From NCBI RefSeq assembly GCF_009914755.1, contig NC_060930.1: DNA of 64,000 nucleotides; one strand, written 5' to 3'. This DNA comes from the human T2T-CHM13v2.0 reference genome, Homo sapiens. The position numbers and the translations under genes were made by a program. Below the pieces are notes generated by a model, which was not told the DNA's origin, did not search any database, and worked only from the letters and a program-made list of their open reading frames with translations. Positions 1-12,827 of this stretch are shown here, piece after piece; position 1 is the first letter of the stretch, and each line of letters opens with the position of its first letter.

Positions 1-209
1 CTCCCGAGTTCAAGAGATTCTCCTGCCTCAGCCTCCCGAGCCGCTGGGATTACAGGTGTGCACCACTACGCCTGGCTAATTTTTGTATATTTGTAGAGAC
101 AGGGTTTCACCATGTTGGCTAGGCTGGTCTCGAACTCCTGACCTCAAGTAATCGCCTGCCTGGGCCTCCCAAAGTGTTGGGATTATAGGTGTGAGCCACC
201 GCCCAGCCA
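1..209 (-). mobile_element. Alu (cut by the window edge)
   Basis: Alu consensus in reverse orientation. Confidence 0.9.
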
Positions 210-1928
210 GAAACATCTGATTTTCTATTATTTCCCTGTGCTTTCAGAAAGACAGCATGCGACTTGCTCTTGCCAAACTCCAACTGAAGTCATTGTCTAT
301 CATGTTACATAATGTCTCCTATAACAGAATCCATGAAATAACTAACTCCTTAATTTCAGTGCTGGAAAAAGTTATTTCTCTGAAGATATTTTTATGTTTT
401 TACTCTGCCCTCTCCCACAACAATAAACAACAAACACTAAATCCCAGGAGGAGTTCCTCTTTTAATTACTGCGCTTCTCAAAACAAAATGTTCAACTAGA
501 TTATTCATTTCAGGTACTTCATAACATTTCTCTGTTCATGTCAACTATTTGCTCTAATATGTGAAAGTATTTATTATCTCATTTGAAACTATGTTGAATG
601 TTGAAAATCTACTTCAAATTCTTTCCTGGAAGGAAGTAGAAAAAAAAATCTAAAGAAAAATAGATACGGTATTTAGGAAAATTGCTTCCAAGTCTAAGGA
701 TGGCCCAAAGAAATAGCCTAGGGACATCTCTGACCTATCAGCTTCTTCCTAAGAAACCTGACGCACTGTGCTGCTAGACGTTACAAATGAACAAAGTGAG
801 TTGAGCTTTCTCTTTTTTGGATCTGCCATGAATTCAGGTTTTTACACTTAATGCCATCTCGGACACTTAAATACTGAATTTCCCAGGTTACCCCAAAGCT
901 CCAGCAAAAGGAAAGGGGAAACAGTAGCTGCACAACACTTCATCCTTCACGTCCTGAGTTCAGAGTAACCACACAAGAATTGAAAGCATTCCAGAATCCA
1001 ACACAAAAACCATTCATTCATTGCTAGATTCAGAATCAGAGGATGAGTAAAGGTATGTATGTATACCTTTCCAAGGGGTGTCAGCTGCACAGTAATAAAA
1101 ACACAGCCAAAATGAAACAGGCTCAGGGGCTACTTTTCAGAATCAAGACTTGAAGACAGACATTCTAACCTGTTTTCTGATAGATTCAGAAGTCTTCATC
1201 AAGTTTAAAATATCTTTAAAGTTGATGACTATCGGCATTAAAGATCCTCTTGCCTCTTTTCAATCCTTTCCAATTTAATAAACATTTAAGTACAAGGTAC
1301 AGTTCTAGGTATTATGCAAGATACAAAGGTTATCAAGGGCTTGATCTTGACCCTTAAGTTGTTACTGAAGGAGAAATGCAAATTGTAGCAGAAAAATTCC
1401 CAGAAACCCCTTAAGGATGAATAAAAAATACCCCCTTAAACCTTAAGAGGATAAAAAAGCTGGGCCCTCCTCTCCTGCTGCTTTTGGAGTCCACCCTACC
1501 GTGTCATTTCACCGCCCCATGCAACTGCCACAGCCTAATAAAGGCTTATCTGTCTGCAGAGTTACAATTTTTTTTAACTTGATGAAGAATTTCTAGTTTG
1601 TTTTTTTTTATTTTATTTTTTTTTACAGTCCCATTCTTAGACTGGACTTAATACTGGTCCTCTTTTTCAGTTTCCTTAGACCAATAACCAAATCTTTTAT
1701 AAACTCTATTTTCATGTGTTATCACCTGTATTTTGTTTTTATATGTATCATTAATTGTTAAAAATTAAGATTCTGAATCCCTTTGGATATTTATTAGGCT
1801 TCAAAGACCTTGATGAAGAAGTCTGAGTGACTGCTAGTTCTCTTACGTTGGCGGTAAGGCTGGGGTGCAACGCACACTGGTTTAGCATGAGCAATGATCA
1901 CTAAGCACGAGAGCCACGGCCACCCCTA

Positions 1929-2468
<540 letters not shown>

Positions 2469-2766
2469 TCAAAGTTCAAGTTTTTAAATTAATGTTTAAA
2501 ACATATATAATATTTCCCTAGGTAGCAGGCATATTTCTGTTAGAAAAATTTGTAAAACAGATACATTCTAAGTTAATTCTAGTAAAAGAACAAGGTTAAA
2601 AATATAAGTACAGTGTTTCTGCCACTTTGCCTTTAGCAACATTTGGCCTTCTTCCTGGAAGATTACAAGATTATAAAGCTACTGACATAACAAGAACCTT
2701 AAAAAAAATAGTGATGGGACCACTTCATTTACTTCATTAGCATATCAAGTATATAAAAATCTGTGC

Positions 2767-3540
2767 TGGCCAGGCACTGTAGCTCACACTTGTAATCCCA
2801 GCACACTGGGAGGCTGAGGCAGGTGGATCGCTTGAGTCCAAGAGTTCCAGACCAGCTGAGGCAACATGGTGAAACCTCATCTCTACAAAAATGACAAAAA
2901 TTTAAAAATTAGCTGGGTGTGATGGCAGCTCATGCCTGTAGTCCCAGCTACTCACAGGCTGAGGTGGGAGGATCGCTTGAGCCCAGAAGACTGAGGCTGC
3001 AGTGAGTCATGATTGTACCACTGCATTCCAGCCCTTTTTCTGTCTCAGGAAAAAAAAAAAAAAAATCAGGAAAGGTTCCCAGAAAGATCTAAGCTGATTC
3101 TAGAAGGCGAAGGTGCTTTTCAGCTTGGGGCTGGGCATGGGAGTGCGAGGCATGTCAGATACACACATGAACATTCCAGACAAGGTAAACAGAATTTCCC
3201 CCTTATTTACAGTATGAAATGTGTTATTTTAAAGTTAGCCTATAGTAGGCCACACATGGTGGCTCACGCCTGTAATCCCAGCACTCTGGGAGGCTAAAGG
3301 CTGGGGGGATCACTTGAGGCCAGGAGTTCAAAACCAGCCTGGCCAACATGGCAAAACCCCATCTCTACTAAAAATACAAAAAAAAATTAGCCAAGCATGG
3401 TGGCTTTAATCCCAGCTACTCAGGTGGCTGAGATATAGAATCGTTCAAACCAGGGAGGGAGAGGTTGCAGTGAGCCAGGATTGCCCCACTGCACTCCAGC
3501 CTGGGCGACAGAATGAGACTCTGTCTCAAAAAAAAAAAAA
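2767..3540 (+). mobile_element. Two Alus (~2767-3065, ~3248-3540)
   Basis: Alu consensus with poly(A) tails. Confidence 0.88.
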
Positions 3541-4424
3541 GTTAGACCGTAGTAATCAATAATTCTTTTTTTAAAAATAATATGTTAGGTGCTAGAGATA
3601 GATGAATCAATGATCTCAGAATTCAAAGTCTAGCAGAGGAAAATGAACGAGATGCACAAATTGCTCTAGTCCAGAGAAAGGAGCATGTGAAGAGTGTGGC
3701 ATTGTCACAGAGGTGACATTTGAACTGAGTCTTGAAAGGGCAGAAGGATCAGCAAGTTAAACACCCCAGGCATGGAGTCCTATTCATCTCCCCATCTCAG
3801 GGAGGTAGGAGTGAGCTGCAGGAGGTAAGGACCAAAAGAGCCGATGGCCAGATCACCAAAGGATATATAAAGTCATCCTAAAAAGTTTCTACAGGTGGGG
3901 AGAAAGCTGAGCTTTTAACTCAGAGTCACACGGTCAAATGCATGTTCATGAAACAAATTTTTGGTGATGATATGTAGGAGGAAACAAGACAGACTCTGAC
4001 ATCACTCTGAGCGCTTTCTACACGCTAAGTGCTCGGCTTCACCTCATAATGATCCCATTTCACTGATTAGGAAACTGAGGTTTAAAGAGGCTAAGTGCTC
4101 ACCGTTAAGAAGCTGCAGAGATGTAACTAAAATAAAACCCAGGCTTTCCCAATTCCAAAGTCAACACTCTTACCCACTACCTTGTATTTACTACCTCTCT
4201 TCAGGATAAGGACAAAGATGATTCACAGTGATATTTAGGAGGTAGAACCTGCTGCTTCCAAAATCCCTTCAAAAGCTCGCATTCTGTGCTTCATTCTAGT
4301 CCAATTGGCTACTGTAGTTCACCTTTAATTAGTACTATGCCATGCCAGTTGAACCACTTAATTTTGAAGAAACTATAAAATATTTTAGAAGTCTACAGTC
4401 CTGGATTCTTTTTATTCTCTTTGA

Positions 4425-4735
<311 letters not shown>

Positions 4736-5427
4736 CATTTTTATCACTGCACCTTCTAGAAAGCCTAAGATTACATTTGTGCCTTACACTGTTTTTCTAT
4801 CAGACAGGGCCCTATTGTCATTATCAATACATCGGACCTCCTCATCTCAGTTTCATCCATTTTACTCTCTAAGCACCACCTCCTATCTTTGCATCTCACT
4901 CCTTCTATTACCCAATTCCAATAATTCTTCAACCCCAACAGGACCCACAAGTCAATGATCCAACCACCTTTTCACTGTCTCTCACTCCCCATGACTTCAC
5001 TTCCTCCATATCCAGTTTACACTCCATGGTCTACCATTCTAACCTCTCCCTTATACCCCTAGAATCCCTTGCATCCCTTTCTTCCCAGTCTTTCCCATTC
5101 ATGAGCAGTAATAAGTATCTTTATAACTGCTAAGCCAAAAACGTGGGGTCCAGCTTGACTCTTTATTCTCCATATCCAACTTCTCAGTAAATCCCAAGGG
5201 CCTTCTAGGGACCACTGCTCATCATCAGTAATAATACTACCTGATCCAAACTGCTATCCTTCCCATGGATTATTATAATAGCTTCTTAACCAGTTTTCCT
5301 GATTCTGTTTTGGGCCCCCTACAGTTTCTTCTCAACACAGCAACCAAAGTGATCCTTTGAAGTTGAATCTCAACGCGAAATCTAGCTGTGGCTTCACGGT
5401 TCACTTAATAAAAGCCAAAGCCCTCCA

Positions 5428-6006
<579 letters not shown>

Positions 6007-6250
6007 GCTAAACCCCTCAGAATGGCCTGCATGGCACTACATTATCTGTCCTTTATCACCACTTTGACAGCACTCTCCTTTGCTTATTTTGCTCCTCATT
6101 CTGGTCTCTGGATCTGTGCACTTGCTGTTCCTTACGCTCTTCTCCCAGGGATCTGAAAGGCTCACACCCTCACCTCCTTCAGATGTTTGCTAAAATGTCT
6201 TCTACCCAGTGAAGCCTTCCCCAACCACTACATTAAAAACACACAACCAG

Positions 6251-7860
6251 CCCTCTCCCTCTCCCTCCTCTCCCTCTCCCCCCGGTCCCCCTCTCCCCAC
6301 GGTCTCCCTCTGATGCCGAGCCGAAGCTGGACTGTACTGCTGCCATCTCGGCTCACTGCAACCTCCCTGCCTGATTCTCCTGCCTCAGCCTGCCGAGTGC
6401 CTGCGATTACAGGCGCATGCCGCCACGCCTGACTGGTTTTCGTACTTTTTTGGTGGAGACGGGGTTTCGCTGTGTTGGCCGGGCTGGTCTGCAGCTCCTA
6501 ACCGCGAGTGATCTGCCAGCCTCGGCCTCCCGAGGTGCCGGGTTTGCAGACGGAGTCTGGTTCACTCAGTGCTCAATGGTGCACAGGCTGGAGTGCAGTG
6601 GCGTGATCGAGGCTCGCTACAACCTCCACCTCCCAGCCGCCTGCCTTGGCCTCCCAAAGTGCCGAGATTGCAGCCTCTGCCTGGCCCCCCATCGTCTGGG
6701 ACGTGAGGAGCCCCTCTGCCTGGCTGCCCAGTCTGGAAAGTGAGGAGCGTCTCTGCCCGGCCGCCATCCCATCTAGGAAGTGAGGAGCGCCTCTTCCCGG
6801 CCGCCATCCCATCTAGGAAGTGAGGGGAGTCTCTGCCCGGCCGCCCATCGTCTGAGATGTGGGGAGCACCTCTGCCCCGCCGCCCCGTCTGGGATGTGAG
6901 GAGCGCCTCTGCCCGGCCGCCCCATCTGAGAAGTGAGGAGACCGGTCTCTCCGCCCGGCAGCCACCCCATCCGGGAGGGAGGTGGGGGTCAGCCCCCGCC
7001 AGGCCAGCCACCCCATCCGGGAGGGAGGTGGGGGTCAGCCCCCCGCCCGGCCAGCCACCCCGTCCGGGAGGGAGGTGGGGGGGTCAGCCCCCCGCCCGGC
7101 CAGCCCCCGTCCGGGAGGAAGGTGGGGTGTCAGCCCCCCGCCCGGCCAGCCGCCCCGTCCGGGAGGGAGGTGGGGGGTCAGCCCCCCGCCCGGCCAGCCG
7201 CCCCGTCCGGGAGGGAGGTGGGGGGGTCAGCCCCCCGCCCGGCCAGCCGCCCCGTCCGGGAGGTGAGGGGCGCCTCTGCCTGGCCGCCCCTACTGGGATG
7301 TGAGGAGCCCCTCTGCCCGGCCACCACCCCGTCTGGGAGGTGTACCCAACAGCTCATTGAGAACGGGACGGGATGACAATGGCGGTTTTGTGTAATAGAA
7401 AGGGGGGAAAGGGGGGGAAAAGATTGAGAAATCGGATGGTTGCCGTGTCTTTGTAGAAAGAAGTAGACATGGGAGACTTTTCATTTTGTTCCATACTAAG
7501 AAAAATTCTTCTGCCTTGGGATCCTGCTAATCGGTGACCTTACCCCCAACCCTGTGCTCTCTGAAACATGTGCTGTGTCCACTCAGAGTTGAATGGATTA
7601 AGGGCGGTGCAAGATGTGCTTTGTTGAACAGATGCTTGAAGGCAGCGTGCTGGTTAAGAGTCATCACCACTCCCTAATCTCAAGTACCCAGGGACACAAA
7701 CACTGCGGAAGGCCGCAGGGTCCTCTGCCTAGGAAAACCAGAGACCTTTGTGCACTTGTTTATCTGCTGACCTTCCCTCCACTATTGTCCTATGACCCTG
7801 CCAAATCCCCCTCTGCGAGAAACACCCAAGAATGATCAATAAAAAAAAAAAAAAAAAAAA
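6251..7860 (+). mobile_element. Full-length SVA retrotransposon (probably SVA_D-like) in RMND1 intron 1, antisense to RMND1
   Basis: CCCTCT hexamer head, Alu-like region (~6310-6680), GC-rich VNTR (~6690-7340), SINE-R (~7340-7840), AATAAA plus poly(A); TSD ACACAACCAGC at 6241-6251 and 7861-7871. Confidence 0.96.
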
Positions 7861-8657
7861 ACACAACCAGCATCCATTCTCTTATCTTCCTCCACTTTGC
7901 ATTTCTCCATTGTTTAACATCACTTGCACACCTTTAATTTTTAGTTTATTAATTCATACTGCAAACGAACTCAGTTCTTATCATGTGCCAGGTATTGTCC
8001 TAGTTGCTGACAATACAGCTGAAAATAAAATAGACAAAAATCCTATCTTTTGAATCTTTTGAACCTTGCATTGGGAGTGACAGACAAAACGAGGTAAATC
8101 AGTAAAATACGTGAGACACAAAGCTAAAGGAAAAAAATAAGAGGAAAGGGCAGATTTTTGTGTCTTCCTTCCAGAATGGAAGCTCCCTGAGGATACGGAT
8201 TTGTGTTTTTTCCTATTATATCTCCTGACAATAGCGCCCAGCACATAGTAGGCATTCGATCGAATTTTTAAAATGAAATACAAGGCAGTTACTCAGTTCC
8301 CGGGCACATTTCAACTTTTAGAGAACAATTACACCAATTAAGAAAATCGATTACAGCTAGGCTACGATTCGAGAGCTAAGTGGCGCTCATCTTTGGGAGT
8401 ATGCCGTTCAATTCCTCAAACTCAAAATTATTTTATCGATTTCTACAGTTACCGCGGTGCACTGGCTCAAAAAAAGGGTTCATTAATTGAGTGCTTTTTA
8501 CTCCCAGCTAAGCTGACCAAAGATCACGGTAAGAGGCAAAGGGTCACAGCCGCACTGGCGTAACCCGTAACTGTACACGTTCCGGGCGGCCAGGAGCCAG
8601 GGCGCAGACCTCCAAGCCGGACCACTCGAGCTGCTAAAGAAAAGGCAATACACTAAC

Positions 8658-8820
8658 CTCTCCGCCGGAAGAGAAGAAGGAAGCGCCAGGGACGCACGCT
8701 TCCTCGGCAGGAGTGCAGGGAAAGAGCCGCACCCCCAGCCTCTCACTACTGCAGCCAACCCATCTCCTGGAAGGGCGCTCCCGCCCACCCCCGCTACTGC
8801 GCAGCCGCACTGAACTCTGG
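8658..8820 (-). other. RMND1: RMND1 non-coding exon 1 (5' end approximate)
   Basis: Lies in the CpG island. Best donor on the minus strand is GAG|GTTAGT after 8658; a second candidate GTG|GTGAGA lies after 8863. The TSS cannot be fixed from sequence alone. Confidence 0.6.
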
Positions 8821-9187
8821 TCCCACATAGCGGGAGAAACTCGGGCCACGTGACTGTCTCACCACGTGAGCCGCGTCGCCGCGACCTCTTCCGCTCCCTA
8901 GGCCCTGGGACCTCCCGGTCCCTTGCCTGCTTCCGGCTTTCGCTCGCTTCCATATCCGCTCCTCTAGTCGCCCTCCGCTGGCCCCGCCTTCGTCCCCGGA
9001 AGATTGGGTCCTCTGGCGAGCCACTGTTTGCCGTTTGATCGGGCACCAAATAAAGTTTCTTTATTCAAAAGCACTTTTTTTTTAAAGCCACACCACCCCC
9101 ATTCTCAGCTCCTCCTTCGCGGCGGTACCGCCTCTGTTTCTGCGGCGATTGAACAGCCGAGCTTTGCGGCCGGGATCGCGGAAAGTG

Positions 9188-9228
9188 ATGGCTGTCGTCC
9201 CGGCGTCTCTCTCAGGACAGGACGTGGG
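9188..9228 (+). CDS. ARMT1: ARMT1 exon 1 coding part (MAVVPASLSGQDVG)
   Basis: Strong Kozak GTGATGG; donor GG|GTTAGT; phase matches exon 2. Confidence 0.94.
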
Positions 9229-11189
9229 GTTAGTCTAGCTTTTCTCCTCCCCACTTTTGCGGAAAGCCGGGCCTCGCCGGGAGCCTGTGGGGACTAAGCG
9301 GAGGGCGCCCGCTCCCCGGTGGGCTGCGTTCGAGTCCCGCCGCCGGGCGCGGCTTTCCGGGGCGCCTTTGCGGGTTTCGCGGACTGGCTCGGAGGCGAAG
9401 GGAGGCGGCCCCGGGGAGGGAGCCTGCCCGCGGCGGCTGCTCGTAAGGATCAGGACAGGGGTCAGCTTCGCGGTCTGTTCCTGGCGGTCACTTTTTATTT
9501 ATTCACTTTAATAGACGCGCTTTGGGGGCGTTAAAATTCTGCGTAAGAGTTGGGGATCTCAGCGCTATTAAGAAACGGGTTTCTCCCTGTTGTTGATCAA
9601 ATCGTAATCTCACAGTAAGAACTGTCTAGTTTTTTGCTTTATAGTCGTCACGCTACTGATTCTTGGGTAAAGTTGTGGGTGACCGTGCAAATAACATCCA
9701 TTTGCATAAATCGAATGGCCAAATTTATATTTGAAATTTGTCCTTACTTCAAAATATTGCAAAAGACGAGAACACTTTGAAGAAAATAAACCTGGGCAGA
9801 AAGTAGGTTGAGGCCAACAAAGTGGCGCCAATGGCCCCAAATTGAAGCAGTCACTGTTTCAGGTCATGCAAGTATAGAGAGTATCTCCTTCAATTTTGCG
9901 CCCTAGGGCTTCTGGCCTCACTCCAGTCCTGGCCAGAGACTTTGTTCCAGAGGTGCAGGAAATGTAGTAGTTAGGAAAACAGTAATACTTTCCAATTAAA
10001 GTAAAATCTCAAAAAAGGACTTACTATACCTACTGCCTGGGAAAATTCAAGTGACAGTTGATTTAATGTTCCTGCTCACCCTCTGAGGTATTAGTGATTT
10101 CTTTTATTAATGATTTTTAAAAATTAAATTCTGATCAACGTAGTTATTATGCGCATTAAAACCTAATCACTGTTTTGGGTGGTACTGAAAGCACCACAGA
10201 GTCGGAAAGTGTGTGCAGTTTTTTTCTTAAAGTTCTATAGCTATCATTTGAGGAAACCTTTTGAAGAAATACCCAAGTTACAATCTAGTAATTTAACAAT
10301 TGTCTCCTGTGATCTGGAGATAAAAACACTAGTCAGCTAAGCTCTGTGCTCTATATTTAAAACTGCACAGAATTTCTCCACCAAATAAAGCTTTTTTTCT
10401 ACCTGTATCATGTATTTCCTTAAAATGATATAAAATGATAATCTGTAAATCTTGGGTTTTGTATGAATAAAATCAAGAATATCTTTAATTTTTTAATGCA
10501 GGTATAAGTTTTTCTTCATCTCCAGCTTGCTTCATTCTTGAACACTTCTATAAAATCTCTGATTTTTTGAGTGGGAAGAGACAGTAGCACGCCTTCATTT
10601 GCTTAGGGGCAGAATAGGATGGAAGGAGTCCATTGTGCAGATAGAGAAGGCAGAGAAGGGGAAAATTTTTGAAAATAATTAAAATTGACTTAGAAAATAG
10701 ACAGAATGGAGAGAAACAGGCTTAAAAGTACCTTTAATTCTTTATGTTGTTCAAGCACATTAGACACTTTAGGTGGTTTTAGATGCATTGCTTCATTCAT
10801 CTTTCTAAGCAGGTGACTTAGCAGATAGTAGACCTGGGACAAGAGCCTGTTTGATTTCTAAGCTAATCCATTCCCTATCCTATCACTTTGCTAAGCGAGT
10901 TTCTGATTTAGGAAAATAAAAGCAATAGAATAGGAAAGATAAGAATGATTAAACAGACTCCATGGGAGAATCTGGGATTAGAGGCACCAAGACAGTTTGG
11001 CTTCCATGACATACCAGCGAATTTTCCAGGTTTTCTTATGTCTTAATATAGTAATCATACAATACTTGTCTATCTTTTAATAGTTGTATGAGGAGTTTAA
11101 TATACATGAAGTGTTCCAGAAACTAAAAGATAGCCAGTCTTCTAGTATTGATGCTGCTAAGTTATATATTGCATGTGACTCTTTTCTAG

Positions 11190-11295
11190 ATCATTTGCAT
11201 ATCTTACAATTAAAGACAGAATACCACAGATCTTAACTAAGGTTATTGATACATTGCATCGACATAAAAGTGAATTTTTTGAGAAACACGGAGAG
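11190..11295 (+). CDS. ARMT1: ARMT1 exon 2 (SFAYLTIKDRIPQILTKVIDTLHRHKSEFFEKHGE)
   Basis: CTTTTCTAG acceptor, GAG|GTAAGA donor, 106 nt, open in the joined frame. Confidence 0.95.
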
Positions 11296-11851
11296 GTAAG
11301 AATTGTTTTAACTTTTAATTTTTTGTTAATTTCTCAACAGAAACATAATAAATAGTTCTTGAAGGTATCAATTTTCCTTTAAATGTAAAAATCAATAGAT
11401 GGGCCAAGTATTTATTTGTTTTTAAGGTAATACATTGAAATGAAGATAGAACAGCCAATCTTCAATTTAGAAAATGATTGTGTTCCAATAATTAATTCTG
11501 TCAGTTATTTAGACTTCAGAATGTATTTTCTAATATATGCAATGTTGTAATTGGTGACTGGGCAACAGACTTGCAATTGACTTAGTCAAGTGACTAAGCA
11601 ATTGAGTTGCTTAGAAGAGCTTTTTAAATTTCAAGTTTAATTTGAGTTGCAGTATTTATATTACTAATTTGAGATCTTGAGTCCTGGAAGTTCAAGCTGC
11701 TATGCAAAGCTCAGTGATATGAATTATAATTGATTGACACATTGTACTGATTCAAGTTGGGACTCATTAGCATTCAGTGCAGAATAGGACTTTAGAAATC
11801 ACTTTGTCCATTCAATTAATGGATGAGGAAAAATCCAAATAACTATGTTAT

Positions 11852-12827
11852 TGAAGGGGTGGGTTGCCCCTCCACACCTGTGGGTGTTTCTCGTAAGGTG
11901 GAACGAGAGACTTGGAAAAGAAAAAGACACAGAGACAAAGTATAGAGAAAGAAATAAGGGGACCTGGGGAACCAGCGTTCAGCATATGGAGGATCCCGCC
12001 AGCCTCTGAGTTCCCTTAGTATTTATTGATCATTCGTGGGTGTTTCTCCGAGAGAGGGATGTGTCAGGGTCACAAGACAATTGTGGGGAGAGGGTCAGCA
12101 GACAAACACGTGAACAAAGGTCTTTGCATCATAGACAATGTAAAGGATTAAGTGCTGTGCTTTTAGATATGCATACACATAAACATCTCAATGCTTTACA
12201 AAGCAGTATTGCTGCCCGCATGTCCCACCTCCAGCCCTAAGGCGGTTTTTCCCTATCTCAGTAGATGGAACATACAATTGGGTTTTATACCGAGACATTC
12301 CATTGCCCAGGGACGGGCAGGAGACAGATGCCTTCCTCTTGTCTCAACTGCAAGAGGCATGCCTTCCTCTTACACTAATCCTCCTCAGCACAGACCCTTT
12401 ACGGGTGTCGGGCTGGGGGACGGTCAGGTCTTTCCCTTCCCACGAGGCCATATTTCAGACTATCACATGGGGAGAAACCTTGGACAATACCTGGCTTTCC
12501 TAGGCAGAGGTCCCTGCGGCCTTCCGGCCTTCCGCAGTTTTTGTGCCCCTGGGTACTTGAGATTAGGGAGTGGTGATGACTCTCAAGGAGTATGCTGCCT
12601 TCAAGCATCTGTTTAACAAAGCACATCTTGCACCGCCCTTAATCCATTTAACTCCGAGTTGACACAGCACATGTTTCAGAGAGCACGGGGTTGGGGGTAA
12701 GGTTATAGATTAACAGAATCTCAAGGCAGAAGAATTTTTCTTAGTACAGAACAAAATGGAGTCTCCTATGTCTACTTCTTTCTACACAGACACAGTAACA
12801 ATCTGATCTCTCTTGCTTTTCCCCACA
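11852..12827 (-). mobile_element. Solo HERV-K(HML-2) LTR, LTR5_Hs type, in ARMT1 intron 2, antisense to ARMT1
   Basis: Minus strand begins TGTGGGGAAAAGCAAGAGAGATCAGATTG and ends GCAACCCACCCCTTCA; 976 bp; perfect 6-bp TSD TGTTAT at 11846-11851 and 12828-12833. Confidence 0.96.

Larger units (their letters stand above)
8440..9540. promoter_or_regulatory. CpG island / bidirectional promoter shared by RMND1 and ARMT1
   Basis: CpG-dense and GC-rich. Two CACGTG E-boxes (8847-8852, 8863-8868), ETS cores CTTCCGG (~8930) and CCGGAAG (~8996), GC box (~8981), ATTGG (9004); divergent genes on either side. Confidence 0.9.

Noticed and set aside
1810-1830. TGATGA...CTGA resembling snoRNA C/D boxes
   Set aside because: The boxes are only a few bases apart, on the strand opposite the host gene, with no terminal stem.
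6187-7835. Many overlapping 60-150 aa Pro/Gly/Arg-rich ORFs
   Set aside because: All lie in the SVA; the GC-rich VNTR lacks stop codons by composition.
8498-9534. 183-aa minus-strand ORF and other ORFs in the CpG island
   Set aside because: Mostly non-ATG starts in stop-poor GC-rich DNA, crossing splice donors; no recognisable domain. Only the 8863-8953 portion is kept, as a speculative finding.
12040-12626. ORFs inside the HERV-K LTR; possible provirus
   Set aside because: Single LTR with a TSD directly on both sides; no primer-binding site, gag, pol or env.
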